Assembly: GCA_965196605.1 (NCBI GenBank)
Contig: CBDAKK010000003.1
Span: 16,821-80,820, forward strand
DNA length: 64,000 nucleotides
Reading direction: 5' to 3'
Source of the DNA: Spirochaetia bacterium
Lineage (GTDB): Bacteria > Spirochaetota > Spirochaetia > WTKD01 > G963693115
The translations under genes were made by a program, and so were the position numbers. How positions within the stretch are numbered: position 1 is the first letter of the stretch; each line of letters starts with the position of its first letter. Of the stretch, positions 8,569 through 17,910 are shown piece by piece. A model generated the notes under the pieces. It did not search any database. It had not been told where the DNA came from and was given only the letters and a program-made list of their open reading frames with translations.

Positions 8569-10684
8569 GCGCTAGCACATGAGCGCGCATGAGCGCATGT
8601 TTTTCATCACTTAAGTGCGGGTCAGCCATGAGCATGTGGCGCGCGTATTTGTGCGCATTGTCTATAATGCTTGCATCTTCCGCCATGTCAAAAAACTCAA
8701 ACAAAGCCGAACCCGACTGGCGTATTCCCAACTGGTTTATGTCGCCCGGACCTCGAAGCAATAAGTCACGTTCGGCTATAACAAAGCCATCTCGTTCTTC
8801 GTACAGCACCTTCAAGCGCTGTGTCGCGAGCTCCGAAATAGGCTTTCTGTACACAAAAATAGCCTCACTCATCAAGCTACCCCGACCGACCCGCCCGCGA
8901 AGCTGATGCAGGGTTGCAAGCCCAAATCTATCAGCGTCAAAGACGCACATGGTCGTTGCTTGTGGGACGTCTATGCCAATTTCAATAATGGTGGTGCTCA
9001 CAAGCGCAGAAATTTTTCCACGCGCAAAGTCGCGCACTATGCGCTCGCGCTCTTTGGCTGCAACCTTAGAATGCAACAAGGCAACGCTATAGGGCTTTAG
9101 CGCCTCCTCTATGAGTGGATGCATGGCGCTGGCGCTTGCAATGCCCGCACTGTGTCCAGCGTCTTCAAAAACGCCGCGTTCGCCTTCCTCGGCTTCTTCT
9201 CTCTCCGCATCTTCTATGGCAGGAAAGACAAAAAAAGCTTGTTCACCCTGCGCGAGTTTTTGTTTTACGCGTGAGTACACTTGCGTACTTTTTTCATGCA
9301 AAACAAGGCGTGTGCGCACCCCCGCTCTGCCCGAAGGGAGCTCAGTAAGCGTGCTTATGTCTAAGTTGCTGTAAAGCGTTAAAGCGAGTGTGCGCGGTAT
9401 GGGGGTTGCCGACATAAACAGCGCATGTACATTTTCACCCTTTGCAAGCAAAGTAGCGCGTTGCTCAATGCCAAAGCGGTGCTGTTCGTCTATTACGGCA
9501 AGGCGCAAGTCTTTATACTGCAGCGCAGGCGAGTACAGCGCGTGCGTACCCACCACCAATTGTGCAGACCCGTCTGCTATTTGCTCGTAGGCTTTTTTAC
9601 GCGCAGCGCTACCCATGCTGCCCGTTACAAGCACGGGTTGTATTTTCACAGACTCACAAAGTTGCGCAATGGTGCTAAAGTGCTGCAATGCCAAGGCTTC
9701 AGAGGGTACGGCAAAGCAAACTTGCCCTCCGCGCCCTAGGCTAAAAAGCGCCACACACAAGGCAACAACGGTTTTTCCTGCGCCTACATCCCCTTGTAGC
9801 ATTCTACGCATGGACGTACCCTCATGCATACTTTGGTGCATGTCGTAGCTTATTTCATTTATGCTCTGTATTTGCCCTGCGTTAAGCGCAAAGGGCAGCG
9901 CGCTAACAAAGGCGTGCAGCAAAGGGCTTTGCATTGCTTCATGGGGTTGTGTCGTGTCTTTGCTTTTTTGCTGATGCGTAGTAGTTTTTTTTGCGCGCCC
10001 ATACTGCATGGAAAGCTGAAACAAGAGTAATTCATCAAAGGCAAAGTAGCGCCGCGCCTCCTCTGCTTCGTCTAGGCTATGTGGAAGGTGCATCATGCGA
10101 CAGGCCTCTTGTCGACTTATGGAAGCGCCGTCACGCAAATTTGCTATGCGCGTGTTTTCAAGCGCCGTTTTTACGCACAACAAAAACATGCCTTGACTAA
10201 TGCCCGTACCGTGTAATTTGTAGCGCGGCACTACCGCGCCTTTTCTGCTTGCCTCACGTACTACTTCAAAGTCGCTTGAAACAAGCCTGCCATAAAGGCG
10301 CGTAAACTTACCCCAAATGTCAATTTCACTTCCAAGGGGTAACACGCGTTGCAAAAATTCTCGCCCATAGCAGTGGAGTTCCGCGCATCCGCTTTCATCA
10401 CGTAGCAGCACCTTCAAAAGCCTCCCGCGCCTTTTAAGCCTTACAAAATCGTGCCTCTCAATGCGCACGCGTACTAGCATTTTTTCATCAGCTGAGGCTT
10501 GGGCAAGTGGCGTTGTGTGCGTGCGGTTTTCGTACGCAACAGGAACATGCGCAATGAGTTGCCCCGCGGTACCTATGCCCATTTTCTTAAGCTTCTCAAT
10601 AAGCGTAGTTTTATAGCGCGCGTGTACGGCGCTCTTTTGCACAAGCGACGTTATATCATCCGTAATATCTGAAAACAAGGACAT
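8549..10684 (-). CDS. recG: ATP-dependent DNA helicase RecG
   Basis: 711 aa with Walker A GDVGAGKT, DEQHRFG, and the helicase C motif QLRGRVGRG. Confidence 0.85.
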   Translation of the reverse strand: MSLFSDITDDITSLVQKSAVHARYKTTLIEKLKKMGIGTAGQLIAHVPVAYENRTHTTPLAQASADEKMLVRVRIERHDFVRLKRRGRLLKVLLRDESGCAELHCYGREFLQRVLPLGSEIDIWGKFTRLYGRLVSSDFEVVREASRKGAVVPRYKLHGTGISQGMFLLCVKTALENTRIANLRDGASISRQEACRMMHLPHSLDEAEEARRYFAFDELLLFQLSMQYGRAKKTTTHQQKSKDTTQPHEAMQSPLLHAFVSALPFALNAGQIQSINEISYDMHQSMHEGTSMRRMLQGDVGAGKTVVALCVALFSLGRGGQVCFAVPSEALALQHFSTIAQLCESVKIQPVLVTGSMGSAARKKAYEQIADGSAQLVVGTHALYSPALQYKDLRLAVIDEQHRFGIEQRATLLAKGENVHALFMSATPIPRTLALTLYSNLDISTLTELPSGRAGVRTRLVLHEKSTQVYSRVKQKLAQGEQAFFVFPAIEDAEREEAEEGERGVFEDAGHSAGIASASAMHPLIEEALKPYSVALLHSKVAAKERERIVRDFARGKISALVSTTIIEIGIDVPQATTMCVFDADRFGLATLHQLRGRVGRGSLMSEAIFVYRKPISELATQRLKVLYEERDGFVIAERDLLLRGPGDINQLGIRQSGSALFEFFDMAEDASIIDNAHKYARHMLMADPHLSDEKHALMRAHVLARGHALV

Positions 10685-10938
10685 ACATTCACGCTACCAC
10701 GTTACTCATGGGTTCGTGCAAATTTTTCTTGTTGATGCGACACGTCTCATAAAGATATCTTTATTATACTTAAGCCGAAAGCAACACAATATAAGACGCT
10801 TACATGAATACACATACCTATTCCCTACAGGATCAAATTTTACCAAAAAATAACTCAAATTTTTCATAAATTGACTTTTTTAGGATTTTTTTGTAATATA
10901 TAAACACATAATAAATAATTCTTACGGAGGAATACATT

Positions 10939-11247
10939 ATGAAAAAACAAAATAGTTTCGGCGTATTTTTAGTCGCTCTTTTCTTAGTGGGTGTAGTGAG
11001 CCTTACATTCTCACCCTTGACACAAGCGCAAAGCGTTGTAAACAGTGGGACAAAGCGTGAAGCCTCAAAAAGCAAGCAGGCTTATGCCATGAAAATGTTA
11101 GAAGCCGATAACTTATTTTCTCGTTGTTTCTCTAGTATTGACAATGATAGTCGCTATTTTGCACAAGAAATGATTGTATGCTTTCAAGCAAAGGACATAG
11201 CACAAAAGCATGCGCGATTGAAATTGAGAGTTGTGGAAGACCATTAG
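10939..11247 (+). CDS. small secreted hypothetical protein
   Basis: GGAGG ribosome-binding site 8 nt upstream. N-terminal signal peptide. AT-rich. Confidence 0.4.
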   Translation: MKKQNSFGVFLVALFLVGVVSLTFSPLTQAQSVVNSGTKREASKSKQAYAMKMLEADNLFSRCFSSIDNDSRYFAQEMIVCFQAKDIAQKHARLKLRVVEDH

Positions 11248-11392
11248 TGTACAATGCCTACTCGGGTTCAAGCTTTGCTATGCTTGAACCTGCCATTTTT
11301 TTACACGCACCATACCAGTAATGGGCAAGCTGTGAGTAATAGCATTGCTTAATTATTTACGCCCTGTCCTTGACTTTATTTTTATACTACAT

Positions 11393-11436
11393 GCAATAGT
11401 AAAGAAATTATGTCGACATAGCTTCCTTACTATTGC
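11393..11436. promoter_or_regulatory. large imperfect hairpin (14-bp arms, palindromic loop ATGTCGACAT) upstream of the PTS gene
   Basis: gcaatagtaaagaa...ttccttactattgc with one mismatch in the arms. Located about 145 bp upstream of the PTS start. No clear T-tract follows. Confidence 0.3.
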
Positions 11437-11580
11437 AAATGTATATTTTGAAAGAATTAGAATCTCGATATAATTATAAAAAAGAGAATATATTTGAATT
11501 TTTGCTTTCTTTGTTGAGAGTATCAATTTCATATTATTAGCAAATGCCCAAAAATAATACAAATTTTTCAAGGAGGCAGC

Positions 11581-13197
11581 ATGAAAAGTAAATTTCAAGA
11601 TAAGGTGCAGGTTTTTTCCGGAGCCATGATGATACCCATCATCTTAATTGTCGCAGCAGGACTGTCTATTGGGCTAGGCTCGGCCTTTACCAACCTCGAC
11701 AATGTAAAACTGCTTCGCTTAAGTTGGCTTATAAAAGAGGGGAATATCTTTTACATGTTTTTTCACCTCATCTCCTCCGCCGGCTTTATGGTCATGCGTT
11801 ACCTGCCTACCTTTTTTGCCATTGGAGTTAGCATGGGCTTGGCAAAGCGCGAAAAGGGCTGGGCTGCTCTTGCGGGTTTTGTAATGTACTTGGGTACAAA
11901 CTACACGCTTAATGCTGTGTTGGCACTACAAAATCTTAACGAGGCAACTACCTCTGTAGAACACCTTGTTTCGCAAGGGTTGACAACCATTGCTGCACAA
12001 AAAGAAAACGCTTTGTACGGTAACGTGCTTGGAATATTTACTTACAACACCAGCATTTTTGGAGCGCTGCTCTGTGCCTTTGCTGCAAGTTTTATTCACA
12101 ATGCATTGTGGGACAAGGAGCTTCCACCCGCACTTTCGTTTTTTTCTGGCGTACGTTTAGTGCAGCTTACCATTGTGGCTGCATCCATACCCATGGGTAT
12201 TGCGCTGTATTTTATGTGGCCTTTTCTTGGTAGCGGCATTCAAGGGCTGGGTGAAATTATTACAAAATCAGGGCTTTTTGGTTCGTTTTTGTTTGGCGCG
12301 CTGGACAGGGGACTCTTACCCTTTGGCTTGCACCATCTCATAGCCTTCCCTATAGAATACACGCCCTTAAGCGGAACCATGACTGTTGATGGCATAGACT
12401 ACTTTGGGGTGCGCAACATTATGACGGCGCAGCTGGGCGACCCTGAGGCGGTAGGTTACATTACCAGAAATTTTACCACAGGGCGTATTTTGTTTCACTA
12501 CGCAGGGTTGCCCGGCGCCGCCTTCGCCATGTACCGCTGCGCGCGCCCAGAAAACAAAAAGAAACTGCTGAGTCTGTTGGTGCCCATAGTGCTCACGGTC
12601 ATACTCATTGGTGTAACCGAGCCATTGGAGTTTGCGTTTGTCTACACTGCCCCGCTCTTGTACTACCTCATTCACGTCCCGCTTGCCGGCCTTGCCTATG
12701 TGTTAACAGAAATCTTAAACGTTTCAATATACGGCTTTGCAGTTTGGAACATGTGGCCAAATTTGTTACAGCCACAAAAAGTACACGCCATTGCGCTCTT
12801 GTTTCTCTTGCCTTTGTACTTCGCTGCATACTATATTGGCTTTTCTGTGCTCATAAAAAAGCTAGGGCTGCAGGTGCCCGGGCAAGAAACAGCAGAGACT
12901 ACGCAGTCTCAAAGCACGCGGGAAGTAGCCTCTAACAGCGAGACGACACAGCAAGGCATCATCCTCGGCATCATTGAAGCATTGGGCGGAGCAGATAATA
13001 TTATCAATATAACCAACTGCGCAACACGCTTACGCGTGGAACTTACATCTGTTGAAAAAGTTGCAGATAAAGCACACTGGGAAGGCAAACTAGAGGCACG
13101 GGGATTGATTGTCAAAGGCAATGCAATACAAATAATTTACGGTACGCATGTGCAGGGAATTGCCAGAGATATAAAAACAAGACTAAGCATAGAATAG
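11581..13197 (+). CDS. PTS sugar transporter subunit EIICB (glucose/GlcNAc/maltose family)
   Basis: GGAGG ribosome-binding site. EIIC motif GVTEPLEFAF. C-terminal EIIB domain with phospho-Cys motif NITNCATRLRV. Confidence 0.8.
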   Translation: MKSKFQDKVQVFSGAMMIPIILIVAAGLSIGLGSAFTNLDNVKLLRLSWLIKEGNIFYMFFHLISSAGFMVMRYLPTFFAIGVSMGLAKREKGWAALAGFVMYLGTNYTLNAVLALQNLNEATTSVEHLVSQGLTTIAAQKENALYGNVLGIFTYNTSIFGALLCAFAASFIHNALWDKELPPALSFFSGVRLVQLTIVAASIPMGIALYFMWPFLGSGIQGLGEIITKSGLFGSFLFGALDRGLLPFGLHHLIAFPIEYTPLSGTMTVDGIDYFGVRNIMTAQLGDPEAVGYITRNFTTGRILFHYAGLPGAAFAMYRCARPENKKKLLSLLVPIVLTVILIGVTEPLEFAFVYTAPLLYYLIHVPLAGLAYVLTEILNVSIYGFAVWNMWPNLLQPQKVHAIALLFLLPLYFAAYYIGFSVLIKKLGLQVPGQETAETTQSQSTREVASNSETTQQGIILGIIEALGGADNIINITNCATRLRVELTSVEKVADKAHWEGKLEARGLIVKGNAIQIIYGTHVQGIARDIKTRLSIE

Positions 13198-13202
13198 GAA
13201 GT

Positions 13203-13910
13203 ATGATGAGAAAAATAAAAATAGCAGCGGGCTTTGCCCATGTGGACTACGGGCACATTGCCGATTTGGTCAAAAAAGTTGATGAGTCGGGATGCGACTA
13301 CATACACTCGGATGCCGCGGATATGCACGACTTGAAAAATATGCAGTTAATGGGCGGACACCAAATTATAGAAGGCATGAGGCCTCACACAGACAAGCCC
13401 ATAGAATGTCACTTTTACACACGCACCTGCGACAAGCTTTTTGTAGACAAAATTGCTAAGGCGGGAGCTAACAGTCTCATTGTGCCCGCAGAACATTTTA
13501 TTGGAGCTCCGCTGGCCTACCTCATTCACTACTGTCGTAGCTACAACATGGGCATAGGGCTTGCTATAGGGTGTTACACGCCGCTGTCCTTTGTAGAAGA
13601 AGCTATTTACGACATAGACCGCTTGCACATTGTAACACACGGCGTGGACAAGACAGACGGAAACGAAAACTGGTCGTGGCGCCCTTCAGTTTTGAATTTG
13701 ATTGAACGCGCGCGGCGGCTTATAGACGAGAAGAACCCGCGTTGTGAACTCGCGCTTGATGGTGGCATGCGCCTTGATGACATGGCTCCGCTTATTAAAA
13801 CTCAACCCGATGTGTTAATACTTTCCTCCTTGCTGTTCAAACACCCTGAAGGCATAGCCTCGGGGGTTGCGGCGGTAAAAGCACTCATAGAACGTGAGCA
13901 AGGCCAATAA
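13203..13910 (+). CDS. ribulose-phosphate 3-epimerase-like sugar-phosphate epimerase (TIM barrel)
   Basis: 235 aa. The N-terminal KIAAGFAHVDYGHIADLVKKVDESGCDYIHSDAADMHD resembles the RPE/AlsE family. Starts 5 bp after the PTS gene. Confidence 0.45.
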   Translation: MMRKIKIAAGFAHVDYGHIADLVKKVDESGCDYIHSDAADMHDLKNMQLMGGHQIIEGMRPHTDKPIECHFYTRTCDKLFVDKIAKAGANSLIVPAEHFIGAPLAYLIHYCRSYNMGIGLAIGCYTPLSFVEEAIYDIDRLHIVTHGVDKTDGNENWSWRPSVLNLIERARRLIDEKNPRCELALDGGMRLDDMAPLIKTQPDVLILSSLLFKHPEGIASGVAAVKALIEREQGQ

Positions 13911-14091
13911 CTTGAGTGACAATGCCTGAAAATTACACGTAATGAAAAATAAAAGACGGCTTAGTTTTTCAGCATTTTACGTGACAAGGGGCGCCATGCA
14001 TCAGCAATGAAGCAATAAATAAACATCAATTTTTACTCTTGAATATTTGTATCTATTGCCTATAGTACTAGTGCAGTAAAAACATAAGGAG

Positions 14092-14526
14092 ATGAAATGT
14101 ATGAAAAATATACTTACTTGTTTTTCTTTAATTTTAGTGCTTTTCGTAAGCGCATGTGATCCATCATTAGGAGAAAAAAAACAGAATAACAACACGGATA
14201 AGACGGATAAGTCAGCCGAAGTATCGAATGCTGAAGCTATTAGCAATGGAGGAAAGCCTCATGCCCTTGTTACTCCTGCCCGCCCTAATATTCAAATTAA
14301 TGCTCCCGCTCCTGGTGTTGCTCCCGTGAGTATTACAAATACTGACGAAAACCTTGAATACAGAATACATCCTCCCGTAGCGGGCATAACACTGATAGGG
14401 GACGTCATCGATGCAGACCGTTCTGCTTCAAACGTTATTTTGCAAGTACGTACAAAAGAAACAGCTACACATCAAGCATCAACTTGGGTAAGTAGCGCTG
14501 CCTTTGACATCACTATCTCTCCCTAA
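14092..14526 (+). CDS. small lipoprotein, hypothetical
   Basis: AAGGAG ribosome-binding site, signal peptide with lipobox VSAC. Confidence 0.45.
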   Translation: MKCMKNILTCFSLILVLFVSACDPSLGEKKQNNNTDKTDKSAEVSNAEAISNGGKPHALVTPARPNIQINAPAPGVAPVSITNTDENLEYRIHPPVAGITLIGDVIDADRSASNVILQVRTKETATHQASTWVSSAAFDITISP

Positions 14527-14579
14527 TAACACAGCAAGCGCATGGCTCTAAAATTGGGATGTAACTTACTCAAAGACGC

Positions 14580-16175
14580 TCAAGCCTTTTGAATGTTACA
14601 AAAAAGTTCAGACTGCGCCTGTGCCTGTGCTACAAACATTTCTTCGCCAGAAATTGTGGCGCAGCCAGCATTTTGAGCCTCTTGTAAAAATTTAGTGCAT
14701 GGAGGCGTGTACACAATGTCGTAGGCAATTTCCTTTCCGCTAAATTCATAATTGGGGAGCGGCGTTTGCTGTGGCGCATTCATGCCCACGCTTGTAGTTT
14801 GCACAATAAGCTCACTGTGCATTTTGATGGCGGCGTAGTCTGTAATGGGCGCGTGTGCCACGGCAGCACCATAGCGCTTATGTAAAAACAGCGCCAGTTC
14901 TTCTGCGTTTTTCAAGGTTCTATTAACAAGCAGCACACGCGCGCCTTCACCCAAGAGCGCATGAGAAACCGCGCGCGCCGTGCCGCCGCTGCCTACAACC
15001 GTGCACGCCATGCCTTGTAGCTCTTTGTTGGCACTTGCAAGCCGCGTGCGCAAGGGCTGCAAAAAACCCACAATGTCGGTGTTGTACCCGCGCGTTTTTT
15101 GTACGCCACTTATGCTTTCTACCACAAGCGTGTTGCAAGACCCGCAGCGCAGCACGGCTTCATCCACTTCATCCAACAAAGGTATAATCGCGCTTTTATG
15201 TGGTATGGTGACGGAAAGCCCACGCAGGTTCATGTGCTCCATGAGGGGCGACAGTGCGGCGACATCATCTACGCTTAGGTGGACGTACACGGCATCAAGC
15301 TCTTGTTTTTTAAAAACCGCATTGTGAAACTCCGGCGACTTTGAGTGCATGACGGGGTTACCCACAACGGCAAAGACGCGCGTCTTGTCATGTAACTTTT
15401 TGTATGAATACGTTTCACACAGTGCCTTAGGGTCAAAATGCCCTGCGGCGGCTTGGCGCGTCCCCTGCGCTGAGGCGTAGGTCCACAGCGACCCGCTGCG
15501 TGCGGTGAGTATGCGCGCGGGTCTGCCAAAGTCACCCATGGGTGCAAGCACGTAGCGACCCCGCATGCTCTTAAGCTGCTGTGCACCTACAAACAATGCT
15601 TCGAGCTGCCACGCACTCATGCACATAAGGGCTTGTTTTATAAGCGCCTGCGGGTACAATTCCGCAAGTCCTTTCATTTCTTGGAGCCACGGCATGCGCG
15701 CATAATCAATGCGCCCCTTTGCACCTTCGCCGTTTTCATAAAAGGCGCGCTTGTCATCAAACCAGTGTCTCGAAACTATAAGCCTACTTGTTGCCGCATT
15801 TTGCGTTTTCACATACATGTGCTTGCAAAAACTCTCATGCTCTGCTTCTACGTCTATGTAATCAAAAGCACCTGAGGCCATAACCTGTTCCAACACTGCG
15901 CGCCGTTCGCTTTCATGCGCAGCTTCGCACAGTCCGCCATCCGTCTTGGTGCGCAGCGTAAAAATAAACTGTATCGCGCGCTGTTTTTTTTCACCCCGCG
16001 CCCACGCAATGCAAGCTTGAGCAAATTCACGCGCCTTTGCGGCTCCGCTTTCAAGAGCGCTCGCACAGTCAAGCAAGTCAGCTCGCAACTCCACAAGGTC
16101 TATGTACCCTGCATAATGCTCTATGTCGCTACTCATGTGTGCAAATGTGGGCGCGGTAAGTGAAAGGCAAATCAT
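14580..16175 (-). CDS. bifunctional 3-dehydroquinate dehydratase (type I) / shikimate dehydrogenase
   Basis: N-terminal AroD-like half and C-terminal AroE-like half with NADP-binding VVGSGGTARAV. Its first roughly 53 codons lie inside the 292-bp duplicated segment. Confidence 0.75.
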   Translation of the reverse strand: MICLSLTAPTFAHMSSDIEHYAGYIDLVELRADLLDCASALESGAAKAREFAQACIAWARGEKKQRAIQFIFTLRTKTDGGLCEAAHESERRAVLEQVMASGAFDYIDVEAEHESFCKHMYVKTQNAATSRLIVSRHWFDDKRAFYENGEGAKGRIDYARMPWLQEMKGLAELYPQALIKQALMCMSAWQLEALFVGAQQLKSMRGRYVLAPMGDFGRPARILTARSGSLWTYASAQGTRQAAAGHFDPKALCETYSYKKLHDKTRVFAVVGNPVMHSKSPEFHNAVFKKQELDAVYVHLSVDDVAALSPLMEHMNLRGLSVTIPHKSAIIPLLDEVDEAVLRCGSCNTLVVESISGVQKTRGYNTDIVGFLQPLRTRLASANKELQGMACTVVGSGGTARAVSHALLGEGARVLLVNRTLKNAEELALFLHKRYGAAVAHAPITDYAAIKMHSELIVQTTSVGMNAPQQTPLPNYEFSGKEIAYDIVYTPPCTKFLQEAQNAGCATISGEEMFVAQAQAQSELFCNIQKA

Positions 16176-16309
16176 AATTTCATTGTACGCAAAAACTCGT
16201 CAAAGGCGCAGCGCGTGTGTGTGCACAAAACCCTATACAATAAAACCATGCAAGAGAGAATTTTAACTCAGAATATAGCCAATCATATAGACTCACGCAT
16301 TGTACTTTG
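16018..16309. repeat. left copy of a 292-bp direct repeat (about 99% identical to 17619..17910)
   Basis: Direct comparison of the two segments shows 2 mismatches. Contains the aroDE 5' end plus a truncated 5' fragment of the tRNA-ligase gene (MQERILTQNIANHIDSRIVL...). Confidence 0.9.
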
Positions 16310-16518
16310 GAGGGTTGCTGTTCTGTTTGTATTGGTAAATAGTTGCACTCTAATTACTAACGCAATACATTAGTAATGTGTAAGAAATACCACAAAGGGT
16401 ATACAAATGCAAACATGATATCGGTGCATAAAGCAAAAAGGAGCAACAATAGCTATTGTTTTCATCGTATTATTTACTAGATATAATTATATAGCCACAA
16501 AACAATCAAAACATAAAT

Positions 16519-17589
16519 ATGATTAAAAGTATTCAGCCTCTAAAAATTATAGTCTTTTTTTTGTTTATAATATTGTTTCTTCTTGCTTGTCCTACTTTCT
16601 TGGAATTAGGTGTTGAACATGTTAAAGAAGCAAGCGATGGTCAACTCTCTGAGTCTTTAGTTGCAGGAGCTGTTGGTGAGAAAGGATATAAAGATGGATA
16701 TCTTCTTGAGGCGCGCTTTGATACTCCACATGCGTTTTCTGCAGACTCAAAAGGTAATGTGTATGTTGCCGATACAGGAAACAATGTTATACGAAAAATA
16801 AGCTCTACAGGTATAGTAACAACATGGGCAGGCAACAAAGATACAAGAGGTTTTCGAGATGGACATCGTCTTACTAAAGCATTGTTTGATAAACCGACAA
16901 GTATAGTAATAAATAAAAATATAATTTATATTGCGGATAGTAATAATCATCGGATACGAAAAATAGTGGGTGATATTGTGAGTACAGTAGCCGGGGGCGA
17001 TGCGGGATATCAAGATAATCTAAATGGAGTAGCAGGTGTAAAATTTGAGAATCCTGGCAAACTCCAATTAATAAAAATCAATGAATCTGATAGATATTCA
17101 TCTCCTGAAAATGGAGATTGGGCTGCAGCAGCATTTAACGAATTCAAGACAGTTAATTACTATAACCATGGATATCATGAAAAATACGGAAATGATCATA
17201 TAGATATTTCCTTGCTAGATGGTCCGAATGCAAATAGATGGAGAGTAATAGCTATAAAGGATGATACTGTAAAAGAAGTTAGCACAATAGATAGTGATAT
17301 ATATGATACTGTATCAGAAGTTAGCAAAAATAAAGATATTGTCTGTATGAGAGATATTAAAGGGGAGTATAACGATACAAGATGTTTAAGTAGAGCTGTT
17401 CTTCTCATGCCAAGAAAAGATAAAGATCCTGTCATAACGATAGTTGGTGAGAAAAATGTTTTTGATTCTTTCCATATTATTCTTGTGCCAACAAAACACG
17501 TTATTATTAGTTATGATAAATTAAAACATGGTATATTGAAGTTAAGGCACGGTGATAATTTTAATCCTGAATCTTTTCCTCGGCCATGA
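16519..17589 (+). CDS. NHL-repeat lipoprotein with a novel His-rich C-terminal domain (paralogue 1)
   Basis: Signal peptide MIKSIQPLKIIVFFLFIILFLLAC. NHL-type repeats (NVIRKISSTG..., NNHRIRKIVGD...). C-terminal segment HIDISLLDGPNANRWR...ILVPTKHV is shared with the ORF at 35691..36626. Strongly AT-rich relative to the flanks. Confidence 0.7.
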   Translation: MIKSIQPLKIIVFFLFIILFLLACPTFLELGVEHVKEASDGQLSESLVAGAVGEKGYKDGYLLEARFDTPHAFSADSKGNVYVADTGNNVIRKISSTGIVTTWAGNKDTRGFRDGHRLTKALFDKPTSIVINKNIIYIADSNNHRIRKIVGDIVSTVAGGDAGYQDNLNGVAGVKFENPGKLQLIKINESDRYSSPENGDWAAAAFNEFKTVNYYNHGYHEKYGNDHIDISLLDGPNANRWRVIAIKDDTVKEVSTIDSDIYDTVSEVSKNKDIVCMRDIKGEYNDTRCLSRAVLLMPRKDKDPVITIVGEKNVFDSFHIILVPTKHVIISYDKLKHGILKLRHGDNFNPESFPRP

Positions 17590-17618
17590 ATAGCGGCACT
17601 AAGAGAAAAATTATGGTA

Positions 17619-17776
17619 TGAGCAAATTCACGCGCCTTTGCGGCTCCGCTTTCAAGAGCGCTCGCACAGTCAAGCAAGTCAGCCCGCAACTCCACAAGGT
17701 CTATGTACCCTGCATAATGCTCTATGTCGCTACTCATGTGTGCAAATGTGGGCGCGGTAAGTGAAAGGCAAATCAT
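17619..17776 (-). pseudogene. duplicated 5' fragment of the aroDE gene
   Basis: The first 53 residues are identical to the N-terminus of the 14580..16175 product. It then reads into the inserted sequence. Confidence 0.7.
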
Positions 17777-17910
17777 AATTTCATTGTACGCAAAAACTCG
17801 TCAAAGGCGCAGCGCGTGTGTGTGCACAAAACCCTATACAATAAAACCATGCAAGAGAGAATTTTAACTCAGAATATAGCCAATCATATAGACTCACGTA
17901 TTGTACTTTG
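17619..17910. repeat. right copy of the 292-bp direct repeat
   Basis: Identical to 16018..16309 except for 2 mismatches. Carries a duplicated aroDE 5' fragment (track ORF 17561..17776) and the true start of the tRNA-ligase gene. Confidence 0.9.

Noticed and set aside
17561-17776. 71-aa ORF with the N-terminus identical to aroDE
   Set aside because: It is the duplicated 5' end of aroDE inside the right-hand 292-bp repeat, reading into the insert. It is a duplication product and not an independent gene.
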